From Solirubrobacterales bacterium (GTDB lineage Bacteria; Actinomycetota; Thermoleophilia; Solirubrobacterales; 70-9): a stretch of DNA of 64,000 nucleotides. The position numbers and the translations under genes were made by a program. How positions within the stretch are numbered: position 1 is the stretch's first letter; every line of letters begins with the position of its first letter. The notes below the pieces were generated by a model. That model worked only from the letters and a program-made list of their open reading frames with translations. It had not been told where the DNA came from and ran no database searches. Of the stretch, positions 49,077 through 57,818 are shown in pieces. Location: contig JAFKLL010000011.1 in the NCBI GenBank assembly GCA_017304845.1, positions 81,480-145,479 of the forward strand, read 5' to 3'.

Positions 49077-49774
49077 GCCCCGCTCCGCCCGACCCGGCGG
49101 AACCCTGGCGAGACCGGGAGTCGATCGCACGCCTCGACCCGATGCTGGAGATGCTGGCCTCGAGTCACGTCTCGCTCAGCTCGGTCACCGATCCGGCCGA
49201 GGCTCGTCGAGTCCACGTGGCGGACAGTCTCTCCGGGCTCGCCTGCGAGGAGGTGAGTCAAGCCAGGAGGGTGATCGACCTGGGCGCCGGGGGCGGATTT
49301 CCGGGAGTGCCGCTGGCCGTGGCCATGCCCGGGTCCGACTTCACGTTGATCGATTCGGTCGGCCGCAAGGTGGAGTTCGTCAATGAGGTGATCTCCGCTC
49401 TGGGACTCGACAATGCCCGTGCGATCAAGGGACGTTCCGAGGAGTGGGCCGGAGGCGAGGGCCGCGAGGCCTACGACCTGGTCACCGCCCGGGCCGTGGC
49501 CCCGCTCTCCGTGCTGGCCGAGCTCTCATCGCCCCTGCTGGAGGAAGGTGGCCACCTGGTCGCCTGGAAGGGCGAACCCGAGCCCGAAGAGCTGAAAGTG
49601 ATCGCCGCGCACGCCGATCGACTGGCCATGGAGTCGGTCCGAGAGGTCTCGGTCAAGCCCTTCGAGGGAAGTCGCGAGCGCCGCTTCTACGTGCTGAGGA
49701 AGGTCGGGCCGACGCCGGAGGGGCTGCCGCGACGCCCAGGCATGGCGCGGAAACGCCCTCTGGCCGGCCGCTGA
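49073..49774 (+). CDS. rsmG: 16S rRNA (guanine527-N7)-methyltransferase
   Basis: 233 aa. VIDLGAGGGFPGVPLA, TLIDSVGRKVEF, VTARAVA motifs. Confidence 0.85.
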   Translation: MSPAPPDPAEPWRDRESIARLDPMLEMLASSHVSLSSVTDPAEARRVHVADSLSGLACEEVSQARRVIDLGAGGGFPGVPLAVAMPGSDFTLIDSVGRKVEFVNEVISALGLDNARAIKGRSEEWAGGEGREAYDLVTARAVAPLSVLAELSSPLLEEGGHLVAWKGEPEPEELKVIAAHADRLAMESVREVSVKPFEGSRERRFYVLRKVGPTPEGLPRRPGMARKRPLAGR

Positions 49775-49814
49775 TCTCGATCTCACGTAAGCTGGCCGTC
49801 GCATGAATTTTCTC

Positions 49815-49823
49815 TTGTCCACG
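49815..49823. promoter_or_regulatory. DnaA-box-like TTGTCCACG (8 of 9), embedded in a weak parS-like palindrome, upstream of parA
   Basis: Read in the AT-rich spacer GCATGAATTTTCTCTTGTCCACGTGTAATTCC, 30 nt upstream of the parA TTG start. The 16-mer TTGTCCACGTGTAATT matches parS at only 11 of 16. Confidence 0.3.
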
Positions 49824-49852
49824 TGTAATTCCGTCCTCGACGGTTTCCAGCT

Positions 49853-50605
49853 TTGATCTACTCAGTCGCCAATCAGAAGGGCGGGGTCGGCAAGACCACG
49901 ACCGCGGTCAACCTGGGAGCGGGTTTCGCCCAGCTCGGGCGCAAGGTGCTGGTCGTCGATCTGGACCAGCAATGCAACGCGACCGTCGCCTTCGGCCTCG
50001 AGAAACAGGACTCGCCGACCACCTACGAGGTGCTGAGCGGCGAGGTGACCCTCTCCGAGGCGGCCAAGCCGGCCGGTCCCGACAACGTCTGGATGGTCCC
50101 GGCCAGCCGCGACCTCGCCGGCGCCGTGGTCGAGCTGCCCCGGCTCGAGCGTCCCAACTTCCGTCTGCGCGAGCAGCTCGGCTCGATCGACGAGGAGTTC
50201 GACGTCGTCTTGATCGACTGTCCGCCGGCCCTGGGCCCGATCACGGTCAACGCGCTGGTCGCCTCGGATCGCGTGATCGTCCCGGTCCAGGCCGAGTACC
50301 TGGCCCTCGAAGGCCTGGTCGAGTTCCTCGACACCCTTTCGACCGTGCGTCGGGAGATGAATCCGACCCTGGAACTGGCCGGCGTCCTCGTCACCATGCA
50401 TGATGAAAGGACGAGATTGGCCCAGGATGTCGAGCGTGAGCTTCGCGATCACTTCTCCGAGACCGTGTTCCGGACGGTGATACCCAGGACCGTGCGCGTC
50501 GCCGAAGCGCCCAGCTACGGCATCCCGGTCACCGACTACTCGCCCAGCTCACGCGGCTCCCAGGCCTACCTGGCCCTCGCCGACGAGGTGACCGCCCGTG
50601 GCTGA
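49853..50605 (+). CDS. parA: Chromosome partitioning ATPase ParA/Soj
   Basis: 250 aa, TTG start. Deviant Walker A NQKGGVGKTTT, VLIDCPP. Confidence 0.9.
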   Translation: MIYSVANQKGGVGKTTTAVNLGAGFAQLGRKVLVVDLDQQCNATVAFGLEKQDSPTTYEVLSGEVTLSEAAKPAGPDNVWMVPASRDLAGAVVELPRLERPNFRLREQLGSIDEEFDVVLIDCPPALGPITVNALVASDRVIVPVQAEYLALEGLVEFLDTLSTVRREMNPTLELAGVLVTMHDERTRLAQDVERELRDHFSETVFRTVIPRTVRVAEAPSYGIPVTDYSPSSRGSQAYLALADEVTARG

Positions 50606-51446
50606 GCGACGCGGAATGGGCCGTGGCCTCGGGGCGATCCTGCCGGAGAGCGCGACCGGGCCCGACATGCGGGAGTTGCCGGTCGACTCGATCTCCCCGA
50701 ATCCCGGCCAGCCCCGGACCAGGTTCTCCGAAGAGGCGCTCGAGGCGCTGTCGGAATCGATCAAGGCCAGCGGAGTGGTCCAACCACTTATCGTGAGGCC
50801 GGCCGGCCGAGGCAAGTACGAGATCATCGCCGGCGAACGGCGCTGGCGCGCCTCGCAGATGGCCGGGGTCGAAAAGGTCCCCGTCGTGATCCGCGACTCC
50901 GACGAGGCCGACCGCCTCGAAGTCGCGCTGATCGAGAACATGGTCCGCGAGAACCTGAACCCGGTGGAAGAAGCCAAGGCCTGCGCCGCGCTGGTCGAGG
51001 ATCTCGGGCTCAGCAAGGAAGAGCTCGGCAAGCGGGTCGGTCGCAGTCGCCCGCAGATCTCGAACCTGATCCGCCTGCTCGACCTGCCCGACGAGGTCCT
51101 CGACATGCTCGAGACCGGGCAGCTCTCAGAAGGCCACGGCCGGGCGATCCTGCAGGTCCCCGACCACGCCGACCGGCGCAAGCTCGCCAAGCAGGCCCTG
51201 AACGAGGGCTGGTCCGTCCGCCAGACCGAGTCCGGGGCCAGGGCGATGGCCGAGGCACCCGCCCCCAGCCGCAAGAAGCAGGGACTCAGCGCCGAGGAGA
51301 TAGAAGCGATCGGCGAGGCCGAGGGCAGGTTGGAAACGGGCCTCGACCGGCCGGTCAAGATCAAGCCGAAGGGCAAGGGTCTGGTCGTCGAGATCGAGCT
51401 CGACGACCTCACCCAGGCGATCGAGATCGCCGACCGCCTTACCTGA
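50598..51446 (+). CDS. parB: Chromosome partitioning protein ParB/Spo0J
   Basis: 282 aa, GTG start. RGLGAIL, IIAGERRWRA, ALIENMVRENLNPVEEA, and a helix-turn-helix segment. Confidence 0.9.
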   Translation: MAERRGMGRGLGAILPESATGPDMRELPVDSISPNPGQPRTRFSEEALEALSESIKASGVVQPLIVRPAGRGKYEIIAGERRWRASQMAGVEKVPVVIRDSDEADRLEVALIENMVRENLNPVEEAKACAALVEDLGLSKEELGKRVGRSRPQISNLIRLLDLPDEVLDMLETGQLSEGHGRAILQVPDHADRRKLAKQALNEGWSVRQTESGARAMAEAPAPSRKKQGLSAEEIEAIGEAEGRLETGLDRPVKIKPKGKGLVVEIELDDLTQAIEIADRLT

Positions 51447-51475
51447 CGACAACTTCCCAGCGGCAAAGGTAGAAT
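51447..51475 (+). promoter_or_regulatory. Candidate promoter for tRNA-Ile
   Basis: CGACAA (51447-51452), a 17-nt spacer, then TAGAAT (51470-51475). The tRNA 5' end lies 14 nt downstream. Confidence 0.3.
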
Positions 51476-51489
51476 CCGCGATCCTGCAA

Positions 51490-51563
<74 letters not shown>

Positions 51564-51572
51564 TATACGTCA

Positions 51573-51652
51573 GCAGTCGGGCCGGTCTTCGCCGGCCCTC
51601 CACATTTAACCCGCCCCGCCCACTCGAACCAGACAATGGTCGGGCGGGGCTC
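51573..51652 (+). repeat. Two-hairpin intergenic element, copy 1
   Basis: Hairpins GGGCCGG-TCTTCG-CCGGCCC and GCCCCGCCC-(20-nt loop with AGACAATGG)-GGGCGGGGC. Aligns end to end with 52174-52252. Confidence 0.6.
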
Positions 51653-51682
51653 AGCTCTCGGCTCCATATAATCGGGAGTCCG

Positions 51683-52171
51683 ATGCGCGAGGTCCAGATC
51701 TACGGAGTCAGCTTCGACATGGTCGGCAAGCAGCCGATCGTGCTCCTCAAGACGATTGACGACAATCGCTACCTGCCGATCTGGATCGGCCATCCGGAGG
51801 CTGCGGCCATCCTGATGAAGCTCCAGGGGGCCGACACGCCGCGGCCGATGACCCATGACCTCATGGTCGACATGCTCGACCAGGTCGAGACCAAGATCGA
51901 GCGGATCTCCGTCAACGAGCTGCGCGACAACACCTTCTTCGCGACGATCACGATCTCCGTCGCGGGCACCGAGCTGGAGATCGACTCGCGACCCTCCGAC
52001 GCTCTCGCCCTCGCGGTCCGCGTCCAGGCCCCGATCTTCGTCGCCGAAGAGGTCATCGAGGAATCCTCGATCGAGTTCGATCAGGGAATCGAGGACAACG
52101 AGCAGGTGGTCGAGAAGTTCAAGGACTTCCTCGACGACGTCAGTCCCGAAGATTTTCTTCAGGACTCTTAA
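51683..52171 (+). CDS. Bifunctional nuclease family protein (BFN/DUF151)
   Basis: 162 aa. PIVLLK...RYLPIWIGHPEAAAI, RPMTHDLM, DSRPSDALALAVR, PIFVAEEV motifs. TATAAT at 51667-51672. Confidence 0.8.
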   Translation: MREVQIYGVSFDMVGKQPIVLLKTIDDNRYLPIWIGHPEAAAILMKLQGADTPRPMTHDLMVDMLDQVETKIERISVNELRDNTFFATITISVAGTELEIDSRPSDALALAVRVQAPIFVAEEVIEESSIEFDQGIEDNEQVVEKFKDFLDDVSPEDFLQDS

Positions 52172-52173
52172 CC

Positions 52174-52252
52174 GCAGTCGGGCGAGTCTTCGCTCGCCCT
52201 CCCAGTTCAACCCACCCCACCCACAGAGACAATGGATGGTCGGGTGGGGCTC
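52174..52252 (+). repeat. Two-hairpin intergenic element, copy 2
   Basis: Hairpins GGGCGAG-TCTTCG-CTCGCCC and CCCCACCC-(19-nt loop with AGACAATGG)-GGGTGGGG. Starts 2 nt after the nuclease stop and ends at the first base of the ddl paralog's stop-codon triplet (52252-52254). Confidence 0.6.
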
Positions 52253-53175
52253 TAGCGGTCTAGGGAAAGGTCCAGGATCTTCTGGACCATCGCCTCGAAG
52301 TCCAGACCGGCGGCCTCGGCCGCCTGGGGCAGCAGTGAGGTCTCGGTCAGGCCGGGGATCGCGTTGACCTCCAGGACCTGCGGGCCGTCCTCCGCCAGCA
52401 TCACGTCGACCCGGGCGAATCCGGAACAGCCCAGCGCCTCGTAGGCGCCGAGGGCGACCCGTTCCACCTCCGCCGTCTCCGCCTCGCCGAGCGAGGCCGG
52501 GCACTCGAAGCTCGCCGCCCCGATCTCGTACCTGGCCTCGAAGTCGTAGGCGTTGCTCTCGGTCGGGATCGCCTCCACCACCGGCAGCGTCTCGCCGCCG
52601 AGCACCGAGACCGCGAGCTCACGGCCGGAGACCCAGCTCTCGAGGAGCGCCCGGTCGTCGTAGCTGAGGGCGGTGATCAGGGCGCCCGGAACCTGCTCCA
52701 GGTCGGTCACCACCTTCACGCCGAGCGAAGATCCCTGCGAGGCCGGCTTCGCGACCAGGGGAAGGCCGACCTGCTCGACGGCGGCGGCAAAGGTAGACGC
52801 AGCGCCGAAATCTCGGATCGCGGCCTCGCTGTAGGTGACCCAGTCGGGGGTCGGGATGTCGTTCTCGCGGAGCGTGTACTTGGCCAGGCTCTTGTCCATG
52901 CACCGCTTGCAGGCGGCGACGCCCGGCCCGGTGTAGGGAATGTCCAGCAGCTCGAGCAGTGCCTGGACCGTGCCGTCCTCCCCCTCGGTGCCGTGAAGCG
53001 CGATGAAGGCGACGTCGGGCCGGCTCGAATCGAGTCGGCCGACCAGATCCGGGCCGAGGTCCATGACATCGACCTGATGACCGAGATCGAGCAGGGCCTC
53101 GGTCACGCGCTGGCCGGAACGCAGTGAAACGCCCCGTTCGAGCGAGCGGCCTCCCTGGAGCAGTGCGACCTTCAC
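52252..53175 (-). CDS. ddl: D-alanine--D-alanine ligase paralog (short form)
   Basis: 307 aa, GTG start. MKVALLQGGRSLERGVSLRSG, HGTEGEDG, AYDFEARYE, LEVNAIPGLT motifs. Confidence 0.85.
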   Translation of the reverse strand: MKVALLQGGRSLERGVSLRSGQRVTEALLDLGHQVDVMDLGPDLVGRLDSSRPDVAFIALHGTEGEDGTVQALLELLDIPYTGPGVAACKRCMDKSLAKYTLRENDIPTPDWVTYSEAAIRDFGAASTFAAAVEQVGLPLVAKPASQGSSLGVKVVTDLEQVPGALITALSYDDRALLESWVSGRELAVSVLGGETLPVVEAIPTESNAYDFEARYEIGAASFECPASLGEAETAEVERVALGAYEALGCSGFARVDVMLAEDGPQVLEVNAIPGLTETSLLPQAAEAAGLDFEAMVQKILDLSLDR

Positions 53176-54497
53176 GAGGCATCCTCCTCGGGTGGTGTCG
53201 ACGGCGGAAGCCTCATCTCATCGGTGCTGGTCATGGTCTCGTAGAGCTTCAGCTGCTCGCGGGCGACCTGGCCGATGCGGCGGATCCCCTCGATGATCTC
53301 GTCCTCCTTGACGCCGGAGAAGTTGAGTCGCATCGAGCTCGTCCCGCCGCCGTCGACGTAGGCGTTCGGGCCGGGCACGAAGGCGACATTCCGACTCAGG
53401 GCCTTGGCCAGGAGATCCTGACTGCTCAGCACGTCCGGCATCGTCGCCCAGATGAAGAGACCGCCGGTCGGCTTGTTCCAGGTGGCGCCATGCGGGAAGT
53501 ACTCCGCCATCGCGTTCACCATCGTGTCCCGTCGGGTCCGGTAGATCTCGACCAGCTCCGCGACGTACTCGCGCCAGCGTCCGCTCTGGAAGAAGTGGCC
53601 GGCGAAATCCTGGGTCAGGGTCGATGTGCAGAGATCCGCCGCCTGCTTGCCCAGCACCACCTTCTCCCGGATCGGGGTCGGGGTGACCAGCCAGCCGATC
53701 CTGAGGCCGGCCGAGAGGATCTTCGAGAAGGTGCCGAGATAGACGACGTAGTTGCCGCCGTCGAGGCTGTAGAGGGTCGGCAGCGGCTCGCCCTCGAACC
53801 GGAGCAGCCCGTAGGGGTTGTCCTCGACGACCAGGATCTCCTTCTCACGCGCGATCTCGACCAGGCGCCGCCGCCGCTCCAGCGAAAGGGTCACGCCGCC
53901 CGGGTTCTGGAAGGTGGGGATCGAGTAGATGAACTTCGGGCGCTTGCCCTCCCGCTCCAGGGTCTCGAGAGTCTCCTCGAGCAGGTCGATCCGCATCCCG
54001 TCCGAGTCCATCTCGATCTGCCGCACATCGGCCTCGTACGAGCAGAAGGTCGGGATCGCGCCCGGGTAGGTCGGCGCGTCGCAGATGATCACGTCCCCCG
54101 GGTCGATCAGCACCTTGGTGATCAGGTCGATCGCCTGCTGACCGCCGGTGGTGACGGTGATGTCCATCGCGTCGACCCGCGTGTCCTCGGCCGCCATCAC
54201 CTCGACGATCTGCTCCCGGACGAGATTCGATCCCTCGGTCGGCCCGTACTGCAGCACCTCGGCCACCGCGGTCTTCTCGATCCGGTGCATCTCCGCCGCG
54301 AACGCCTCCGGCGGGAAGGTCGAAGTGTCCGGCAGGCCGCCGGCCAGCGAGATCACCTCCGGCCGTGCGGTGATCGCCATCATGTCTCGCATCGCGGAGG
54401 ACCGCATGACGCGGGTCCTCTTGGCGAAGAGAGCGGCATAGCGTTCCAGGTCTTTGGCCCGGGTCTGCTGACGCCGGGGAGGTGGTGAGGCCGCCAT
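53172..54497 (-). CDS. PLP-dependent class I/II aminotransferase (2-aminoadipate/aromatic aminotransferase-like)
   Basis: 441 aa. VISLAGGLPD, YGPTEG, VVEDNPYG, GTFSKILSAGLRIGW (Schiff-base Lys) motifs. GTGA overlap with the ddl paralog. Confidence 0.8.
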   Translation of the reverse strand: MAASPPPRRQQTRAKDLERYAALFAKRTRVMRSSAMRDMMAITARPEVISLAGGLPDTSTFPPEAFAAEMHRIEKTAVAEVLQYGPTEGSNLVREQIVEVMAAEDTRVDAMDITVTTGGQQAIDLITKVLIDPGDVIICDAPTYPGAIPTFCSYEADVRQIEMDSDGMRIDLLEETLETLEREGKRPKFIYSIPTFQNPGGVTLSLERRRRLVEIAREKEILVVEDNPYGLLRFEGEPLPTLYSLDGGNYVVYLGTFSKILSAGLRIGWLVTPTPIREKVVLGKQAADLCTSTLTQDFAGHFFQSGRWREYVAELVEIYRTRRDTMVNAMAEYFPHGATWNKPTGGLFIWATMPDVLSSQDLLAKALSRNVAFVPGPNAYVDGGGTSSMRLNFSGVKEDEIIEGIRRIGQVAREQLKLYETMTSTDEMRLPPSTPPEEDAS

Positions 54498-54943
54498 CGT
54501 TCTATTGTGCCGTTATCGACGCGTTCTCGACAATCTGCCTCGGCGCCGGAATCGGTATTGCCACCGGGATGATCGCCGGCACCACCGGGCTGGAAGGCTC
54601 CGCCAGGGGGCGCATGACCATCCTCGCGGTGATCATCGGCGCGGTTCTCGGCTACCTCGGCACCTCGGTCAAGGACGGCTCGATCCTGCTCGGCGTGATC
54701 CTCGCCGCCGTCGCCGCCGGCCTCACCTGCGCCGTGGTCAGCGACGTCATCGCCGGCGCCCACCGACGGGGAGGCACCGCGGCATTGGCCGTGATCATCG
54801 TCTTCGCCGCCCTGGTGATCGCGATCATCTGCGTGGTCGTTCCGTACTTCGCGATCGTTCCCGCGGCATTCCTCGTTTTCCTCGCTTGGCGACGTCGGCA
54901 GCGAGCCGACCGCAAGCACGCCGGTCTGCGCGTCCTCCGCTGA
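54482..54943 (+). CDS. Small polytopic membrane protein, function unknown
   Basis: 153 aa, about four hydrophobic segments, strong GC3 bias, basic tail WRRRQRADRKH. The start is uncertain and overlaps the divergent aminotransferase start. Confidence 0.45.
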   Translation: MVRPPSFYCAVIDAFSTICLGAGIGIATGMIAGTTGLEGSARGRMTILAVIIGAVLGYLGTSVKDGSILLGVILAAVAAGLTCAVVSDVIAGAHRRGGTAALAVIIVFAALVIAIICVVVPYFAIVPAAFLVFLAWRRRQRADRKHAGLRVLR

Positions 54944-54952
54944 GGTCCCCCC

Positions 54953-56551
54953 ATGCCGCGCAAGCTGGTCCTGGCCTATGTCGACTCCCTCCGGACCGAC
55001 ATGCTCCGCCGCACGATCGAGGAAGGGCGCGCCCCGACCTTCAGCCGGCTGCTCAAGCGCGGCACCCTGATCGAGGACTGCGTCTCGTCCTTTCCGTCGG
55101 TGACCCCGGTCGCCTCGGCCGAGATCGCCACCGGGGTGACGTCGGAAGATCACTGGATCAGCGGCATGAACTGGTACCACCGGGCCGAGCAACGCTACGT
55201 CGAGTATGGCTCCTCGCTCGAGGCCACGCGGGCCTTCGGCTTCTTCCGGTCGCTGCATGACCTGGTCTACAACATGAACCTGAGCCACCTCAGCCCCGGG
55301 GTCGAGACCGTCTTCGAATCGCTCGACGACATCGATGTCCGCACCGCCTCGACTCCCTTCCTGATCTACCGGGGACGGCATCGCCACGACGTCAACCTGG
55401 TCGGGATCGCGGGCAAGGCGATCGAGGCCGGCCTGCTCAAGTTCGAGTACGGGACCTGGGGGCCGCGCGAGCTCTTCTACGGCGACCTCTACTCCTCGAT
55501 GGAGACGCCCTGCAAGTCGAGCTCGGTGCCGGGCCGCCGCGACCAGTACGCCGCCTGCTGCGGCGCGGAGCTGGTCTCGCGGGACCGCTTCGACTTCATG
55601 CTGCTCTCCTTCCCCGACAACGACAACTACTCGCATCGGTACGGCCCCTCGGCCTCGCCCCGATCGATCGAGAGAGCGGACTACTGCATGGCCGAGGTGA
55701 TCCGCGCCGCCGGCGGCGTCGAGCCGTTCCTGGAAGAGCACGCGCTGATCCTGCTCGCCGACCACGCCCACACCGATGTCGAGCATCGGCTCGACATCAT
55801 CGAGTGGATGTCCCGCAAGTGGAAGGTCCTGCCGCCCTCCTCGGAAGATCCGACCTCGGCCGAGCTGGCGGTCAGCCCGACCTCCCGCGCCGCCCACGTC
55901 TACCTGCTCGCCGAGGCCGACAATCCGGTGCGGCACCGCCGGGTCCGCGAGCACCTCCAAGCCCTGGAGGGCGTGGAGCTCATCGCCTGGACCGAACGGG
56001 ACGGCGTCCCGGTGGCCCGCTCTGCCCGCCCCGGGCACGGATCTCCGGGCGATCTCGCGGTGGTGATCCGAGAGGGCCGCCGACTCGACTTCCTCCCGGC
56101 CGCCGATGAACCCGCGCGGGACCGTGAAACGGTGATCGACCGCCGGGGACGAGCCTGGAGCATCAGCGGCAACATCGAAGCGCTGGGCGCCTCGGTCGAG
56201 GACGGCCGGATCAGCATGCCCGAGTACCCCGACGGGCTCGCCCGCCTCTGGTCCGCGCTCGTCGCACCCCACGGAGGCGACCTGATCGTCTCCGCCGCGC
56301 TCGGCTACGAGTGCGTCGACTGGGGCGGCGCCGCCCATGTCCCCGGCGGCAGCCACGGCTCGCTCCGCCGCGAGGACTCCGAGGGGCCCCTCCTCTTCGT
56401 CGGCTGCGGCCCCGACTCCCCCGACGCGACCGTGGCCGAGGCTCATCGGGAGCGAAGCCAGTGGGGCCTTCAGGACGTGGCCCCGGTGATTCGCGAGCAC
56501 TTCGGCGCCGGAGCTATGCTCGAATCGAGCAAACGAACGGAGGAACCATGA
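54953..56551 (+). CDS. Alkaline-phosphatase-superfamily protein (type I phosphodiesterase/nucleotide pyrophosphatase-like)
   Basis: 532 aa. FPSVTPVASAEIATG (nucleophile Thr region), SFPDNDNYSHRYGP, LADHAH, GGSHGSL metal-ligand blocks. Confidence 0.65.
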   Translation: MPRKLVLAYVDSLRTDMLRRTIEEGRAPTFSRLLKRGTLIEDCVSSFPSVTPVASAEIATGVTSEDHWISGMNWYHRAEQRYVEYGSSLEATRAFGFFRSLHDLVYNMNLSHLSPGVETVFESLDDIDVRTASTPFLIYRGRHRHDVNLVGIAGKAIEAGLLKFEYGTWGPRELFYGDLYSSMETPCKSSSVPGRRDQYAACCGAELVSRDRFDFMLLSFPDNDNYSHRYGPSASPRSIERADYCMAEVIRAAGGVEPFLEEHALILLADHAHTDVEHRLDIIEWMSRKWKVLPPSSEDPTSAELAVSPTSRAAHVYLLAEADNPVRHRRVREHLQALEGVELIAWTERDGVPVARSARPGHGSPGDLAVVIREGRRLDFLPAADEPARDRETVIDRRGRAWSISGNIEALGASVEDGRISMPEYPDGLARLWSALVAPHGGDLIVSAALGYECVDWGGAAHVPGGSHGSLRREDSEGPLLFVGCGPDSPDATVAEAHRERSQWGLQDVAPVIREHFGAGAMLESSKRTEEP

Positions 56552-56949
56552 CTGAGCCGACAACCGTCAACAACATCGGTGTCGCCATGTTCACCGTGTC
56601 CGACCAGGACGAGGCGATCTCCTTCTACACGGACAAGCTGGGCTACGAGCTCAGGGCGGACGTGAGCTTCGGCGAGGGCGACTCGATGCGGTGGGTCGAG
56701 GTGGCCCCGCCGGGATCGAACACCAGGCTGGCGCTCAACGAGCCGATGGAGGACGGCACGCCGGGAGGCAGCTCGATCGGGGTCGAGACCGACGACATGC
56801 TGGCCGAGCACCGACGACTCTCCGCAGTCGGCGGCGTCGACATCGACCCCGCGCCGATGCCGGAGACGCCCGGAGTCCCGCCGATGTTCATGCTGCGCGA
56901 TCCCGACGGCAACACGGTCGTGGTGGTGCAGGCCCAAGAGCCCGCCTGA
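56548..56949 (+). CDS. VOC/glyoxalase-family protein
   Basis: Track ORF is 56311..56949. Start set at ATG 56548 (ATGA overlap with the upstream stop). IGVAMFTVSDQDEAISFYTDKLGYEL...FMLRDPDGN. Confidence 0.75.
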   Translation: MTEPTTVNNIGVAMFTVSDQDEAISFYTDKLGYELRADVSFGEGDSMRWVEVAPPGSNTRLALNEPMEDGTPGGSSIGVETDDMLAEHRRLSAVGGVDIDPAPMPETPGVPPMFMLRDPDGNTVVVVQAQEPA

Positions 56950-56980
56950 TCGCGGCTTTCGGCCCCTAGGGCGGGATCCG

Positions 56981-57781
56981 CTACGGGGCCGGTTCCAGCA
57001 CCTGGGTGAAGCTGGTGGCGAGGCCGCGCTCGTCGATCGTGATCGCGGCCCCCATCACCCAGACGTCGTCGGTGGCGGTCTCGAAGCGGACCGGCATGTC
57101 GGTCCGCATCTTCTCGATGGCCTGTTCCTTCTTGACCCCGAGCACGGAGTCGCGGGCGCCGGTCATGCCGACGTCGCTGATGAAGGCGGTGCCCCGCGGC
57201 AGGACCCGCCCGTCCGCGGTCGGGACATGGGTATGGGTCCCGAGCACGGCGGCGACGCGACCGTCGAGGAACCAGCCCATGGCGACCTTCTCGCTGGTCA
57301 CCTCGGCGTGGAAGTCGACGATCACCGTGTCCGCCCCACCGTTCTTGTCGAGCTCGGCCAGCAGCAGGTCGGCCTCGTCGAAGGGTGAGCGGGCGGCGTC
57401 CAGGCCGACCTTCCCGATCAGGTTGATCACCGCCACCCGGCGCCGGCCCGAACCGTCGGCCGGGTCGACCTCGACCACGCAGTGGCCCCGGCCCGGGTTG
57501 GCGCGCCGGTAGTTGGCGGGCCGGATGACCCGCTCGGCGCGATCCAGGTACTCCCAGCTCTCCCGCTGGCGGTAGCTGTGGTTGCCGAGCGTGATCACGT
57601 CGGCGCCCGCCTCGAAGATGTCCTTGGCCGTCTTCTCGGTGATCCCGAGGCCTCCGGCCGAGTTCTCGCCGTTGACCACGATCAGGTCGGGCTGGAATCG
57701 CTCCCGCAGCTTCGGCATCACCGAAGCCAGCCCTCGGCGCCCCGGACTACCCACAACATCACCGATGAAAAGCAGCTTCAC
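56981..57781 (-). CDS. ymdB: YmdB-type metallophosphoesterase (TIGR00282 family)
   Basis: 266 aa, GTG start. MKLLFIGDVVGSPGR, VVNGENSAGGLGIT, ITLGNHS, DFHAEVTSEK, GTHTHVPTAD motifs. Confidence 0.85.
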   Translation of the reverse strand: MKLLFIGDVVGSPGRRGLASVMPKLRERFQPDLIVVNGENSAGGLGITEKTAKDIFEAGADVITLGNHSYRQRESWEYLDRAERVIRPANYRRANPGRGHCVVEVDPADGSGRRRVAVINLIGKVGLDAARSPFDEADLLLAELDKNGGADTVIVDFHAEVTSEKVAMGWFLDGRVAAVLGTHTHVPTADGRVLPRGTAFISDVGMTGARDSVLGVKKEQAIEKMRTDMPVRFETATDDVWVMGAAITIDERGLATSFTQVLEPAP

Positions 57782-57818
57782 GGCCCGGACCCTACCGGCA
57801 TGTCGTAGGTTTCTCGGG

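Noticed and set aside
51636-51671. Mini-ORFs starting at the conserved ATG in the hairpin-2 loop (copy 1 MVGRGSALGSI; copy 2 MDGRVGL at 52232..52255).
   Set aside because: They lack a Shine-Dalgarno, have different lengths and poorly conserved peptides. The conservation pattern fits base pairing rather than coding.
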